This document shows positions 37,161-49,948 of a stretch of DNA of 64,000 bases, piece after piece (position 1 is the first letter of the stretch; the number at the start of each line of letters is the position of its first letter). The stretch spans positions 1,862,001-1,926,000 of the forward strand of contig CM075993.1 of the NCBI GenBank assembly GCA_038087875.1, given 5' to 3'. This stretch comes from Malacoraja senta (Eukaryota). A model generated the notes under the pieces. It saw only the letters and a list, made by a program, of their open reading frames with translations. It was not told where the DNA came from and ran no database searches. The position numbers and the translations under genes are program-made.

Positions 37161-37916
37161 CCAGCAGTTATCCTGCCAGCGGAACGACAATACATGATTA
37201 CAATCAAGCCGTCGACAGTGTACAGATACAGGGTAAAGGGAATAATGTTTAGTGCAAGGTAAAGTCCAGGAAAGTCCGATTAAAGATAGTCCGAGCGTCT
37301 CCAAGGAGATGGGTGGTAGGTTAGGACCGCTCCCTAGTTTGTGATAGGATGGTTCAGTTGCCTGATAACAGCTGGGAACTTTTGCGTGAAGGAATAAAAT
37401 GTATTACTGAACATTCTACATCTTTTAAATATCATCGTGTTTTGCGGATTGAGATGAAAACTCAACATTATTTGGCCAAATGTCAGAGTATGAATGACAG
37501 GTTGGCATTAACGGGCTGGAAGACCCCCCCTCCCCCCCCCCCCCGATCACCCGTATCATGGAACATAGAACATAGAACAGTACAGCACAGGAACAGGCCC
37601 TTCAGCCCACAATGTCTCTGCTAGCCACATCACGGACAGAGATAGTGAGTAGTTGTGGCCCAACCACCAATCTGCGTGAGAAAATGCGTGGGAAAGAACT
37701 GCAGATGCCGGTTTAAATCGAAGATGGACACAAAATGCTGGAGTAACTCAGCTGGGACAGGCAGCGTCTCTGGAGAGAAGGAATGGGTGGCGTTTCGGGA
37801 CGAGACCCTTCTTCACTCTTTGTGATAACCCAGGCTGCTGACCTGAAAAGGGAACTTTGGGAATGCAAGGTATGGAACATATACGGATGGTAAAGGTGAA
37901 TAAAAGTTCTGCACAG

Positions 37917-38537
37917 ACAGCCCTTCCAGGTGAGGCAGAGGTTCTCTTGCACCTCCTCCAACCTCATCCACTGTATCCGTTGTTCGAGATGTCGACTCTT
38001 ATACATCGGTGAGACCAAACGCAGACTGGGCGATCGTTTCGCTGAACGCCTCCACTCAGTCCGCCTGAACCAACCTGATCTCCCGGTGGCTAAACATTCT
38101 AATTCCCCTTCCCATTCCCACACTGACCTTTCTGTCCTCGGTCTCCTCCATGTCAGAGTGAGGATAAACGCAAATTGGAGGAACAGCATCTCATATTTCG
38201 CTTGGGCAGCTTCCAGCCCAGTGGTATGAATATTGATCTGTCGAACTTCAGGTAGCCCCGGCATTCCCTCTCTCTCTATCCCTCCCCCACCCAAGACGCA
38301 CCAGCTTCTCGTTCTCACCCAACAAACAGCTAACAATGGTCTGTTTCCTTTATCATTGTAACATCTTTGCATATCTTTCATTCATTGTTCTTTATCTCCC
38401 TACATCACCGTCTATATCTCTCCTTTCCCTAACCAGTCTGAAGAAGGGTCTCGACCCGAAACGCCACCCATTCCTTCTCTCCAGAGATGCTGCCTGTCCC
38501 AGCTGAGTTACTCCAGCATTTTGTGTCTATCTTCGGT
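37917..38537 (+). mobile_element. PLE GIY-YIG fragment and pLTR (second subfamily)
   Basis: RQRFSCTSSNLIHCIRCSRCRLLYIGETKRRLGDRFAE (frameshifted), UTR, hammerhead-like motif at 38438. Confidence 0.85.
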
Positions 38538-39003
38538 ACAGATCATCCAGTTCTCCAGAGCTGCTGCCTTTGAGTTTTACACCTCTGCTCAAGAATCTGA
38601 TTACACTGTTTATACAAAAAGCTGAGTGGAAATAAGGATCCAGCATCTAATGCAGCCCAAACTGAATGTAATTAGTTATAATATCTCCAGGGCTGCAACT
38701 TATATTAGTGGATGTGGCCAGACATTATCGATCTCCTCCCAGAACTCTGCTCTTTTGAGAATATTTTGTGAAATGTTCCAAATGGACTTTAAAAACATTA
38801 AATGAGTGAATATCCAATATGAAAAAGAACCGTTACCAGCTCAATTATCACCATGCTTTCCAAATATTAGCTTATTATGGTGAATCATTGTAAAATAATA
38901 TTTATTTCCTTTCTTTATGGCTAGTTATCCCATTATATGTGGTGATAGCGAGCTTAGTGCTGTGTTGGGCTCTGCAAAGTGGGAAGGTCGTTACTTAGTA
39001 AGA

Positions 39004-39335
39004 GTGTTTAAGAAAGAACTGCAGATGCTGGAAAATCAAAGGTAGACAAAAATGCTGGAGAAACTCAGCGGGTGCAGCAGCATCTATGGAGCGAAGGAAA
39101 TAGGCAACGTTTCGGGCCGAAACCCTGAAGGAAATAGGCAACGTTTCGGGACGAAACCCGGAAGGGTTTCGGGCCGAAACGTTGCCTATTTCCTTCGCTC
39201 CATAGATGCTGCTGCACCCGCTGAGTTTCTCCAGCAGGTACACAAAAATGCTGGAGAAACTCAGCGGGTGCAGCAGCATCTATGGAGCGAAGGAAATAGG
39301 CAACGTTTCGGGTCGAGACCCTTCTTCAGACTGAT
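39004..39335 (-). mobile_element. Composite palindromic PLE-terminus element (same as 16511-16842)
   Basis: Same junctions 'ccagcaggtacac', 'gaaacccggaaggg' and 'gaaaccctgaagg'. Confidence 0.8.
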
Positions 39336-40649
39336 GTAGGGTGATGAATCTGTGGAATTCTTTGCCACAGAAGGCTGTGGAGGCCAAGTTAATGGATATT
39401 TTTAAGGCAGAGACAGATAGATTTTTGATTTGTACGGGCGTCAGGGGTTACGGGGAGAAGGCAGGAGAATGGGGTTAGGAGGGAGAGATAGATCAGCCAT
39501 GAATGAATGGCGGAGTAGACTTGATGGGCCGAATGGCCCTAATTCTGCTCCTATCACTTATGAACTTAGGAGCTTAGAACAGAACAAATCATAGAAATTG
39601 AAAATATCAGAAGACATGTGTAGGAAGGAACTGCTCGATGCTGATTTAAACTGAAGATCGACACAAGAAACAAGGATTGAAGAAGGGTCTCGACCCGAAG
39701 CAGCACCTTTGTACTGTGTTGGGCTCTGCAAAGTGGGAAGGGCTTTACTTTGTAAGAATGTTTAAGAAGGAACTGCAGATGGTAGACAAAAATGCTGAGA
39801 AACTCAGCGGGTGAGGCAGCATCTATGGAGCGAAGGAAATAGGTGAGGCACTCTACCGCTGCGCCACTCTGATTAATTGAGTCTCATTTTCTTTTCTTTT
39901 TTACTTCCTGTCTTTCCTTTTTTTAGGGCGGCACAGTTGCGCAGCGGGCAGTGCTGATACCGTACGGCGCCAGAGACCCAGGTTCGATCCTGACCTCCGA
40001 GGCTGCCTGTGCGCCGTTTGTACGTTCTCCCCTGTGACCGTGTGGGTTTCCTCCGGGTGCTCCGGGTTTCCTGCGACATCCCAAAGACGTGCTGGTTTTG
40101 TGGGTTAACTGGCATCTTTAAATTGACAGTAATAGGTAGAAAAAAAAGAGGGGAGAAAAAAACAAAAAATAGTGAAAATAAGTGAGATGAGATTGAACTA
40201 GTTTGAATGGGTGATCGATGGTCAGCATGGACACCGTGGGCCGAAGGGCCTCTGTTGCCATGCTGTATCTATAACGTACAGGAAGCAAGATTGGGAGTGG
40301 AAACTCTGTCACCCATCCAAACCTTTAAGATTATTTTTGCAATTTTTAAATGGCTTCCAATGGAAACATTAAAAAACTATTATAATTTCTGTGAAGCATT
40401 AAAACAAAAAGTAAAAGGAGAAAGGTAAGGCATTAAAAATACATTAAAACACAAAGAATAATTCAAAAAACATTCTCTCTACAATTCAATACAATCATTT
40501 GATAATAGGCTGTTTAACCAGCCACTAATCTCTGAGCTGGCAGTCGCTTTTCAGATCGTTTCATCCATTGCCAGACCTGCCTGGACCAGCATCAGAGATG
40601 CTGCTAAAGTTTGGCAGTGGAGAGTTCCCACACAAGTTATCGGAGTAAA

Positions 40650-41157
40650 GTTAGGCCATTCGGCCCATCGAGTCTACTCCACAATTCAATCATGGCTGGT
40701 CTCTGCCCCCTAATCCCATTTTCCTGCCTTCTCCCCATAACCCTCGACACCCGTTCTAATCAGGATTTGTCTATCCCTGCCTTAAAAATATCCACTGACT
40801 TGGCCTCCACAGCCCTCTGTGGCAATGAGTTCCACAGATTAACTACCCTCTGACTAAAGAAGTTCCTCCTCACCTCCTTTCTAAAAGAGCGCCCTTTAAT
40901 TCTGAGGCTGTGACCTCTGGTCCTAGACTCTCCCACTAGTGGAAACATCCTCTCCACATCCACTCTATGGGTTTCGGCCCGAAACGTTGCCTATTTCCTT
41001 CGCTCCATAGATGCTGCTGCACCCGCTGAGTTTCTCCAGCATTTTTGTGTACCTTCCACTCTATCTATGCCTTTCATTATTCTGTAAGTTTCAATGAGGT
41101 CCCCCCCTCAACCTTCTAAACTCCAGCGAGTACAGGCCCAGTGCTGTCAAACGCTCA
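40650..41157 (-). mobile_element. CR1 3' fragment interrupted by a short PLE-derived insert with 10-bp TSD
   Basis: DVERMFPLVGESRTRGHSLRIKG; tccactctat duplicated at 40959-40968 and 41055-41064. Confidence 0.85.
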
Positions 41158-41914
41158 GTGAAATGTATGGGAGAGGTGAAATATGCCTCAGGAGCAGTGT
41201 GTCTCTCTCAAGGCAGAGAGATGTCAAGTCTCGCTCATTCTCCGCACTTACCTCTCTGGACGTGGCTGGATGTTGACGGTTCCCTATGGAACCAAAGGAA
41301 CATTGGGAAAAAGGAGAACCTCATCCAACTTAGAGTCAAAGAGTTAAACAACATGGAAACAAGCCCAACTGAGTCTACCATTACCAACCATAGACCTATG
41401 TTAGTTATCCCTGTTTCTCACCCACAGGCAAGAGAATGGGGTTGGGAGGGAGAGATAGATCAGCCATGATTGAATGGCAGAGTAGACTTGATGGGCCGAA
41501 TGGCCTAATCTCTGGTCCTATCACTTATGACCACTCCTGACTCGGGGACAATTTACAGAGTCAGGAGGAACTGCAGATGCTGGTTTACACCGAACATAGA
41601 CACAAAATGCTGGAGTAACTCAGTGGGACAGGCAGCGTCTCTGGAGAGAAGGAATGGGTGGCGTTTACGGCTGTGGCCCTTCTTCAAACTGAGAGTCAGG
41701 GCAGAGGGAGACACAGAGATATGGAAGGACAAGGTGTGAAGACGAGAGATCAAAGGGGATGTTGCTCAAGGAAAATGTAGAATAGATCATTGTTAGCTGA
41801 GGGGAAGGTGACAACGAAGCATACAGAGATAAACTTTAATCAGGGACAGTCAGACTGGTCGGAGAACTAGGATGGGGGAGGGGACGGAGAGAGAGGGAAA
41901 GCAAGGGTTACTTG

Positions 41915-43152
41915 AAACATAGAAAATAGGTGCAGGAGTAGGCCATTCGGCCCTTCGAGCCTGCACCGCCATTCTATATGATCATCGCTGATCATCCAAC
42001 TCCCCCTGTTGACTTGGGTCCCTTGGCACTGTATGTGAAGCCAACAGTTTTAAACTTGGGTTTTAAGATGGACAGTGATTTTAAATTAGATCGTCAAATA
42101 GGCGCGGTAGTTAAGTCCAGCTTCTTTCATTTAAGGCAGCTGGCAAAGGTGAAGCCCTTTCTTCAACGACAGCATTTTGAAACAGTAATCCATGCCTTCA
42201 CCACGTCTCGGCTGGATTACTGTAACGCACTTTATTTTGGAGTTAGCCAATCATTCCTTGCACGTCTCCAGTTGGTTCAGAATGCTGCTGCTCGCCTTTT
42301 AACTGGAACACGTAAGAGGGAGCACATAACGCCTATTCTGGCCTCCCGCCACTGGCTGCCTGTGTACTTTAGAGTTCATTTTAAGATTCTTTTATTTGTT
42401 TTTAAATCTTTAAATGGTCTCGCCCCGCCTTACCTCTCTGAGCTGCTTCATCCCTACGCTCCTGCTCGGTGCCTCAGGTCAGCTGATCAGCTGCTCCTGG
42501 AGGTACCGAGGTCCAAGCGGAAGCTCAGAGGGGGGATAGAGCCTTCTCTGTTGCTGCTCCGACATTATGGAACACTCTACCTTTGCACATTAGACAGGCC
42601 CCTTCACTGTCCATTTTCAAAACTAGTCTTAAAACCCTTTTCTATTCCTTGGCTTTTGACCCTGCATGAGACTTTGCTCCTGTTTTAGTGTTTCTATTGT
42701 TTTTTTTATTGTTTTTACTGTCTTTAATGTTTTTATTGTTCTGTTTTATGTTTGTGATTGGTCATGTACAGCACTTTGTGGCAACAGTGGTTGTTGTTAA
42801 AGTGTCTGTAAATAACGTTCAGTTCAGTTCAGTATCCCGTACCTGCCTTCTCTCCATACCCCCTGATCCCTTTAGCCACAAGGGCCACATCTAACTCCCT
42901 CTTAAATATAGCCAATGAACTGGCCTCAACTACCTTCTGTGGCAGAGAGTTCCACAGATTCACCACTCTCTGTGTGAAAAATGATTTTCTCATCTCGGTC
43001 CTAAAAGACTTCCCTCTTATCCTTAAACTGTGACCCCTAGTTCTGGACTTCCCCAACATCGGGAATAATCTTCCTGCATCTAGCCTGTCCAAACCCCTTA
43101 AGAATTTTGTACGTTTCTATAAGATCCCCCCTCAATCTTCTGAATTCTAGCG
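41915..43152 (-). mobile_element. CR1 3' fragment split by the L2 insertion
   Basis: 'gatcatccaactc' (ending about 42002) rejoins 'agtatcccgtacc' (42831); minus ORF DRLDAGRLFPMLGKSRTRGH. Confidence 0.85.
42003..42830 (+). mobile_element. L2 LINE 3' fragment inserted into a CR1 3'UTR
   Basis: FFHLRQLAKVKPFL...ETVIHAFTTSRLDYCNAL...LQLVQNAAARLLTG...HITPILAS.HWLPV.FRVHFKILL; (gttca)n tail. Confidence 0.9.
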
Positions 43153-43412
43153 TTGAAGTTAGAGAAGACAATGTTCATACCGCTGGGGTGTAAACTGCCC
43201 AAGCGAAATACGAGGCAAAAATGTTGTTGTGCCTCACTCTGACAGTGGAGGCGGCCCAGGACAGAAAGGTCCATGTGGGAATGGGAGGGGGAGTTAAAGT
43301 GTTTGGCAACCGGGAGATCAGGTAGGTTTAGGCGTACTGAGGGGCAGTGTTCAGCGATACAATCGCCGAGCCTGTGTTTGGTCTCGCCAATGTACTGGAG
43401 GGATGGAATATA
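43153..43412 (-). mobile_element. Degenerate PLE GIY-YIG fragment
   Basis: [17 protein letters not shown]...FRLGSLHPSGMNIVFSNF. Confidence 0.8.
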
Positions 43413-43414
43413 GG

Positions 43415-43423
43415 GGTGTGTGT

Positions 43424-43519
<96 letters not shown>

Positions 43520-43526
43520 GTGTGCG

Positions 43527-43561
<35 letters not shown>

Positions 43562-43627
43562 ATTTGTGTGTGCACACACACACACACATATACACACACA
43601 TATACATACACACACATATACATAGAC

Positions 43628-43658
<31 letters not shown>

Positions 43659-43745
43659 CATATATATAGATATATAGATATACAGATATATACACACATA
43701 CACACACATATACATATAGATATATAGATATATAGATACACACAC
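43415..43745. repeat. (GT)n and (CA/TA)n microsatellite
   Basis: Direct inspection. Confidence 0.95.
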
Positions 43746-44096
43746 GTATAGATTGTTTGGTTCCTGGAGTCTTCACGCCTGTTCTGTACGATTCTGGCTA
43801 ACTTTTAACTGCCTTAGCTTCAAACATAAATCTATAGATCGCTGCCATCAAAATGTTTACACAAAAAACAGATTTCATTTATAAAAGATGCATTTAATCA
43901 CTTCTTCGAACTAGCCGGTTTCATCAATGCAAGGAAATTAGATTGTGGACCAAACTTCACAATGCAATCAACACTTTAACAACGAGCTGCTCCAACACAA
44001 TAAACCATGAAGAAATACCAAAAATTGAGTTTATTCAACAAAATGATTACTAAAATTAAAGTTCGCACTCGATACTCATCTTGGATGTATTGGAGG

Positions 44097-44560
44097 TAGA
44101 CCCAGAGTGCTGGAGTAACTCAGCGGGTCAGGCAGCATCTGTGGAGAACATGGATAGGTGACGTTTCACAGAGTGCTGGAGTAACTCAGCAGGTCAGGCA
44201 GCATCTGTGGAGCGAAGGAAATGGGCAACCTTTCGGGCCGAAACCCTGAAGGAAATAGGCAACGTTTTGGGCTGAAACCCGGAAGGGTTTCGGACCGAAA
44301 CGTTGCCTATTTCCTTCGCTCTATAGATGCTGCCGTAACATGGATAGGTGACGTTTCACAGAGCGCTGGAGTAACTCAGCGGGTCTGGCAGCATCTGTGG
44401 AGAACATGGATAGGTGACGTTTCACAGAGTGCTGGAGTAACTCAGCGGGTCAGGCAGCATCTGTTGAGAACATGGATAGGTGACGTTTCACAGAGTGCTG
44501 GAGTAACTCAGCGGGTCAGGCAGCATCTGTGGAGAACATGGATAGGTGACGTTTCAGGAG
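44097..44560 (-). repeat. Second 66-bp PLE tandem array with the same embedded palindromic module
   Basis: Same unit and same internal module as 28692-29215. Confidence 0.85.
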
Positions 44561-45119
44561 AACCTTCTTCACGCTCAACCCAAAACGGCATAATCTCTCG
44601 TCTTCACACCTTGTCCTTCCATATCTCTGTCTCCCCCGCTCCCCTGACTCTCGACCCGAAACGTCACCCATTCCTTCTCTCCAGAGATGCTGCCTGACCC
44701 GCTGAGTTACTCCAGCATTTTGTGTCTATCTTCGCTTTAAACCAGCACCCGCAGTTCCTCCCTACACATGGAAATACTGGAGTCAACTTTACAATTACTA
44801 ATTCATGAAGCTAGGCGATAAACATTGAAGCAACGATTATTTTGTTCTGTAAGTCACAGTTTGCTGCCTGATTCATGGCAGGCAGTGGGCCTTCATGTAC
44901 AAAATTCCACGGATAAGTGGAGAGATGAATTATAAATAAAAAAAGTAAATTGATCAATAAAATCGATTCAAGTAGTCATTCAATCTGGCCCAGTTAGGAC
45001 CCCCAAGCGGCAACAAGCATTTGCTTTCCTAATTGTTGTTTTCAAGAGAAATGGTTTTTAATTAAACAGAAACATGTAAAAATTAAAACTCCAGGCATCC
45101 CTGTACCTAGAAGATCAAG

Positions 45120-45468
45120 GACAAGTCCCTCTTCTCCCTTCTCCCATTGGGCAAAAAGTATAGAAGTGTGAAAACGCACACCTCCAGATTCTGGGCAGTT
45201 TCTTCCCAGCTGTTACCAGGCAACTGAATCATCCTACCACAACCAGAGAGCAGTGCTGAACTACTATCTACTTCATTGGTGACCCTCAGACTACCTTTGA
45301 TTGGACTTTGCTGGCTTTACCTTGCACTAAACATTATTCCCTTATGATGTATCTATACACTGCAAATGGCTCGATTGTAATCCTGCATTGTCTTCCTGCT
45401 GACTGGTTAGCCCGCAACAAAAGCTTTTCACTGTACCTCGGTACACGTGACAATAAACTAAACTGAGC
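45120..45468 (+). mobile_element. Rex1/Babar-type LINE 3' fragment
   Basis: Similar to 4997-5270; tail 'tttcactgtacctcggtacacgtgacaataaactaaactg'. Confidence 0.7.
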
Positions 45469-46554
45469 TGCCCTAACTAGTAGTGAACAATGTCCTTTAC
45501 TAATTCACAATCTACACAACCATAATCCACTAATTCCTTCATGACAACTAAGGCACAAAGTATTCATTTAAGGTTTATGGTTTACCGAGGTACAGTGAAA
45601 AGCTTCTGTTACCAGTCCGAAGAAGGGTCTCGACCCGAATCGCACCTATCCATATTCTCCAGAGAAGCTGCCTGACCCGCTGAGTTACTCCAGCACTTTG
45701 TGTATTTTTTTCCCTGAACCGGCACCTGCAGTTACTTGTGCCTTCAACATTTATATGTCAATTCCTATCGACTAATATAAAGCACAGATTTTTAGCATTT
45801 AGTCAGTTAGTTTAGTTTATTGTCACGTGTACCGAGGTACGGTGAAAAGCTTTGGTTGTGCTCTAACTAGCCAGCGGAACGACAATACATGATTACAATC
45901 GAGATAGTCACAGTGTACAGCTGTGTGATATGGGAATCTTGTTTAGTGCAAGATAGAAACATAGAAAATAGGTGCAGGAGGAGGCCATTCGGCCCTTCGA
46001 GCCAGCACCACCATTCAATGTGATCATGGCTGATCGTCCCCAATCAATAACCCGTGTCTGCCTTCTCCCCATATCCCTTGACTCCACTAGCCCCTAGAGC
46101 TCTATCTACTCTCTCTTAAATCTATCCAGTGACTTGGCCTCCATTCCTTCTGTGGCAGGGAATTCCACAAATTCACAACTCTCTGGGTGAAAACGTTTTT
46201 TCTCACTTCAGTCTTAAATGACCTCCCCTTTATTCTAAGACTGCGGCCCCTGGTTCTGGACCTGCCCGACATTGGGAACCTAAGATAAAGCCAGTAAAGA
46301 CCGATCAAAGATAGTCTGAGGGTCTCCAATGAGGTAGATAGTAGTTCAGGACCGCTCCCAAGTCATGTGCTCATTTAAATATTCAAATGTTCAAGATCTC
46401 AGCCAGAATATTGTTAATTCTTGAATGTAGTTCCACCTTCAAAACAATCCATAAACCAGCATGACATGGTGGAAGGTGAAATTAAACGTGGTGTTAGCAG
46501 TGGCCAAATGTAAAGCTATTAATCCTCCCATTCTGCGTGCTGCCCACAGTGACA

Positions 46555-46912
46555 TAGTCATAGAATGATACAGCGTGGAAACTGGCCCTTCGACCCAACT
46601 TGCCCACACCAGCCAACATGTCCCAGCTACACTAGTCCCACTGGCTTGCGTTTGGTCCACATCCATCCAAACCTGTCCTATCCATGTACCTGTCTAACTG
46701 TTTCTTAAATGTTGGGATAGTCTCATCTCAACTACCTCCTCTGGCAGCTTGTCCCATACACCCACCACCCTTTGTGTGAAAAAGTTACCCCTCAGGTTCC
46801 TATTCAATCTTTTCCCCTTCACTTTAAACCCATGTCCTCTGGTCCTCGATTCCCCTACTCTGGGCAGGAGACTCTGTGCATCTACCCGATCTATTCCTCT
46901 CACGATTCTGTA
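46555..46912 (-). mobile_element. CR1-type LINE 3' fragment
   Basis: YRIVRGIDRVDAQSLLPRVGESRTRGHGFKVKG. Confidence 0.85.
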
Positions 46913-47617
46913 CACGATTGACTAAAGTCCATTTGGTTTTCCGCTGGGTAAAATCGAGCAGAGTGCCGACTGACTCCCAAAAAGTTTGGCGAGACTTTTG
47001 CAAGTTGAATCTCACCCTGAAAGTCACGGATCAAATGCCAAGGATTTCGTTCCTACTCCCATTAACATGAGATCACTGTTGCTATTCACACCATCTCAGC
47101 TCGAGTTTTTATATAGACGGTTAGATTGATGAGATTTATCACACCAGGGTTGTATCTCCAAAGCTGCTATGAATACTTGCTTTTAATGTGGTCCCAACAG
47201 GTACATGCTGTGCTTCGCAAAGAAAAAACGAGCAAACCACAGCAAAGATGCCATTCCCCAATTTATAATCCCTGACGAATTTTTCAGTAAGGAGATGAGA
47301 TTTTAAAACTGTTGTTTTTAAAGGTTTCACGTTTAATATGTACCCCCCAGTGGAGGAAATATTTAAAAATTAAATCTCAAGCAAGTACAACGAACTCAGG
47401 TGATGAGAATCTTTTTTTTTAATGCCACTGTATTCGGTCAGAATGCCTACAGATCTGATGGGGAACGTTTAATGGGGATCTCTCTAGATGTTTTCAAGAG
47501 AGAATTAGATTTAGTTCTTAGGCTAAAAGAATCAGGGGATATGGGGAGATAGCAAGAACAGGGTACTGCTTTTGTATGATCAGCCCTGATCATATTGAAT
47601 GACGGTGCTGGCTTGAA

Positions 47618-48168
47618 GTTGCCCTGCTTTTCCCCCATATCCCTAGATTCCGTTAGCCCTAAGAGCTAAATCTAACTCTCTCTTGAATACATCCAGCGAA
47701 TTGGCCTCCACTGCCTTCTGTGGCAGAGAATTCCACAGATTCACCACTCTCTGGGTGAAAAAGTTTTTCCTCATCTCAGTCCTAAATTCTTAAACGGTGA
47801 CCCCTGGTTCTTGACTCACAAAACATCGGAAACATTTTTCCTGCATCTAGCAGGAAATTTTATATGTTTCTATAAGATTCCCTCTCATCCTTTTGAATTC
47901 CAGTGAATACAAGCCCAGTCGACACATTTCATGCACCATTTGTCAGTCCCGCCATCCCGGGAATTAACCTGGTGAACCTACGCTGCACTCGCTCAACAGC
48001 AAAAATGTCCTTCCTCAAATTAGGAGACCAAAATTGCACACAATACTCCAGGTGAGGTCTCACCAGGGCCCGGTACAACTGCAGTAGGGCCTCCTTGTTC
48101 CTAAACTCAAATCCTCTCGCCATGACGGCCAACATGCCATTAGCTTTCTTCACCGCCTGCTGTACCTG
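47618..48168 (-). mobile_element. CR1-type LINE ORF2 fragment
   Basis: QVQQAVKKANGMLA...LYRALVRPHLEYCVQFWSPNLRKD. Confidence 0.9.
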
Positions 48169-49593
48169 CCTGCTGAGTGTGGAAACTCCGCACATACAGG
48201 CAACACTCGAGGTCAGGATCGAACCCGTGTCTCTGCGGCTGTCAGGCAGAAAATCTACCAACTGCACCAACTGGTGGGAGCGGATGAATCCCACACGACC
48301 ACAGGGAGAACGTGCAAACTCCGCACAGACAGCACCTGAAGTTGGGATGGAACCTGGGTCTCTGGCGCTGTGAGGCAGCAGCTCTACCAATGTTTTACTC
48401 CAATGTGCCAATGACTGTATGTATCAAATCAAGACACACGGCTGCTGCCAGAGGTGGGATGGTGACACTGGCAGCTCAATATAGAAGCGAGGATTGGATA
48501 AGATTGATGTTAAATGAATGGGCGACATCATGAAGTAAGGTTCTATAACTGCGAAGTGCTGACGGAAGAGTTTTTACATATTAAATATAGATTAATATAT
48601 CACAGGTTGGGAATTTTACAAAACGTATTTGCAAAAATGTGCAGAAGGAAATTGCATATTTTCACATTTGCTTGGCAGAATAATAAATGATGTGTTGGAT
48701 AAGCTGCTATCTGCTGGAACACATTGGAGATTGTACACATCAGCTTTCAGCTGAGCTCATTTGGTATGAAAAATCCCAAATGGGAAACCATTTTTCTCAT
48801 TAATTGTCTTTATTCCCCCCCTCCTGGTGAACCTACGCTGCACTCGCTCGCCCGGGTAAAAGATCCTGGGGTGATCTGGCTAGACTGATTTCTGAAAACA
48901 AATTCTAATTTAAGAGTTTAAGAAGGAACTGCAGATGCTGGAAAATCGAAGGTAGACAAAAATGCTGGAGAAACTCAGCGGGTGAGGCAGCATTTATGGA
49001 GCAAAGGAAATAGGCAACGTTTCAATAGACAACAGGTGCAGGCCATTTGGCCATTCAAGCCAGCACCGCCATTCAATGTGATCATGGCTGATCATCCCCA
49101 ATCAGAACCCCGTTCCTGCCTTCACCCCATATCCCCTGACTCCGCTATCTTTAAGAACCCTATCTAGCTCTCTCTTGAAAGCATCCAGAGAACCTGCCTC
49201 CACCGCCCTCTGAGGCAGAGAATTCCACAGACTCACCACTCTCTGTGAGAAAAAGTGTTTCCTCATCTCCGTTCTAAATGGCTTACTCCTTATTCTTAAA
49301 TGCACACTGGCACACACAAGGTTTAAAGGGATATGGGCCAAATGCGGATAAATGTGACTAGTTTAGATGGGGCCCTCGGTTTCCCTCGGTTTTGGCCCGA
49401 AATGTTGCCTATTTCCTTCGCTCCATAGATGCTGCCTCGCATGCTGAGTTTCTCCAGCATTTTTGTCTACCTTCTAATTTAAGAGCACATTTTTTAAAGC
49501 AACCAGGGCTAGATTTCACTCTGTGGATCAATAACTCAGCGAACTGCGTCATAAATAATAGACAAGGGGTCTTGGAGATCTTTTCCGAGCGTT

Positions 49594-49948
49594 AATAATA
49601 ATAATAATAATAATGGATGGGATTTATATAGCGCCTTTCTAATACTCAAGGCGCTTTACATCGCATTATTCATTCACTCCTCAGTCACACTCGGTGGTGG
49701 TGAGCTACTTCTGTAGCCACAGCTGCCCTGGGGCAGACTGACGGAAGCGTGGCTGCTAATCTGCGCCCACGGCCCCTCCGACCACCACCAATCACTCACA
49801 CACATTCACACACATTCATACGCAGGCAAAGGTGGGTGAAGTGTCTTGCCCAAGGACACAACGACAGTATGCACTCCAAGCGGGATTCGAACCGGCTACC
49901 CTCCGGTTGCCAGCCGAACACTTAGCCCATTGCGCCATCTGTCGTCCC
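49594..49948 (-). mobile_element. tRNA-derived CORE-type SINE with L2-like tail (AFC-like)
   Basis: Minus strand: gggacgacagatggcgcaatgg...ggttcgaatccc head; 'gtgtccttgggcaagacacttcaccc' CORE-like block; 'gtaaagcgccttgagtattagaaaggcgctatataaat' and (att)n tail; flanking gagcgtta/gagtgtta duplication. Confidence 0.8.
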
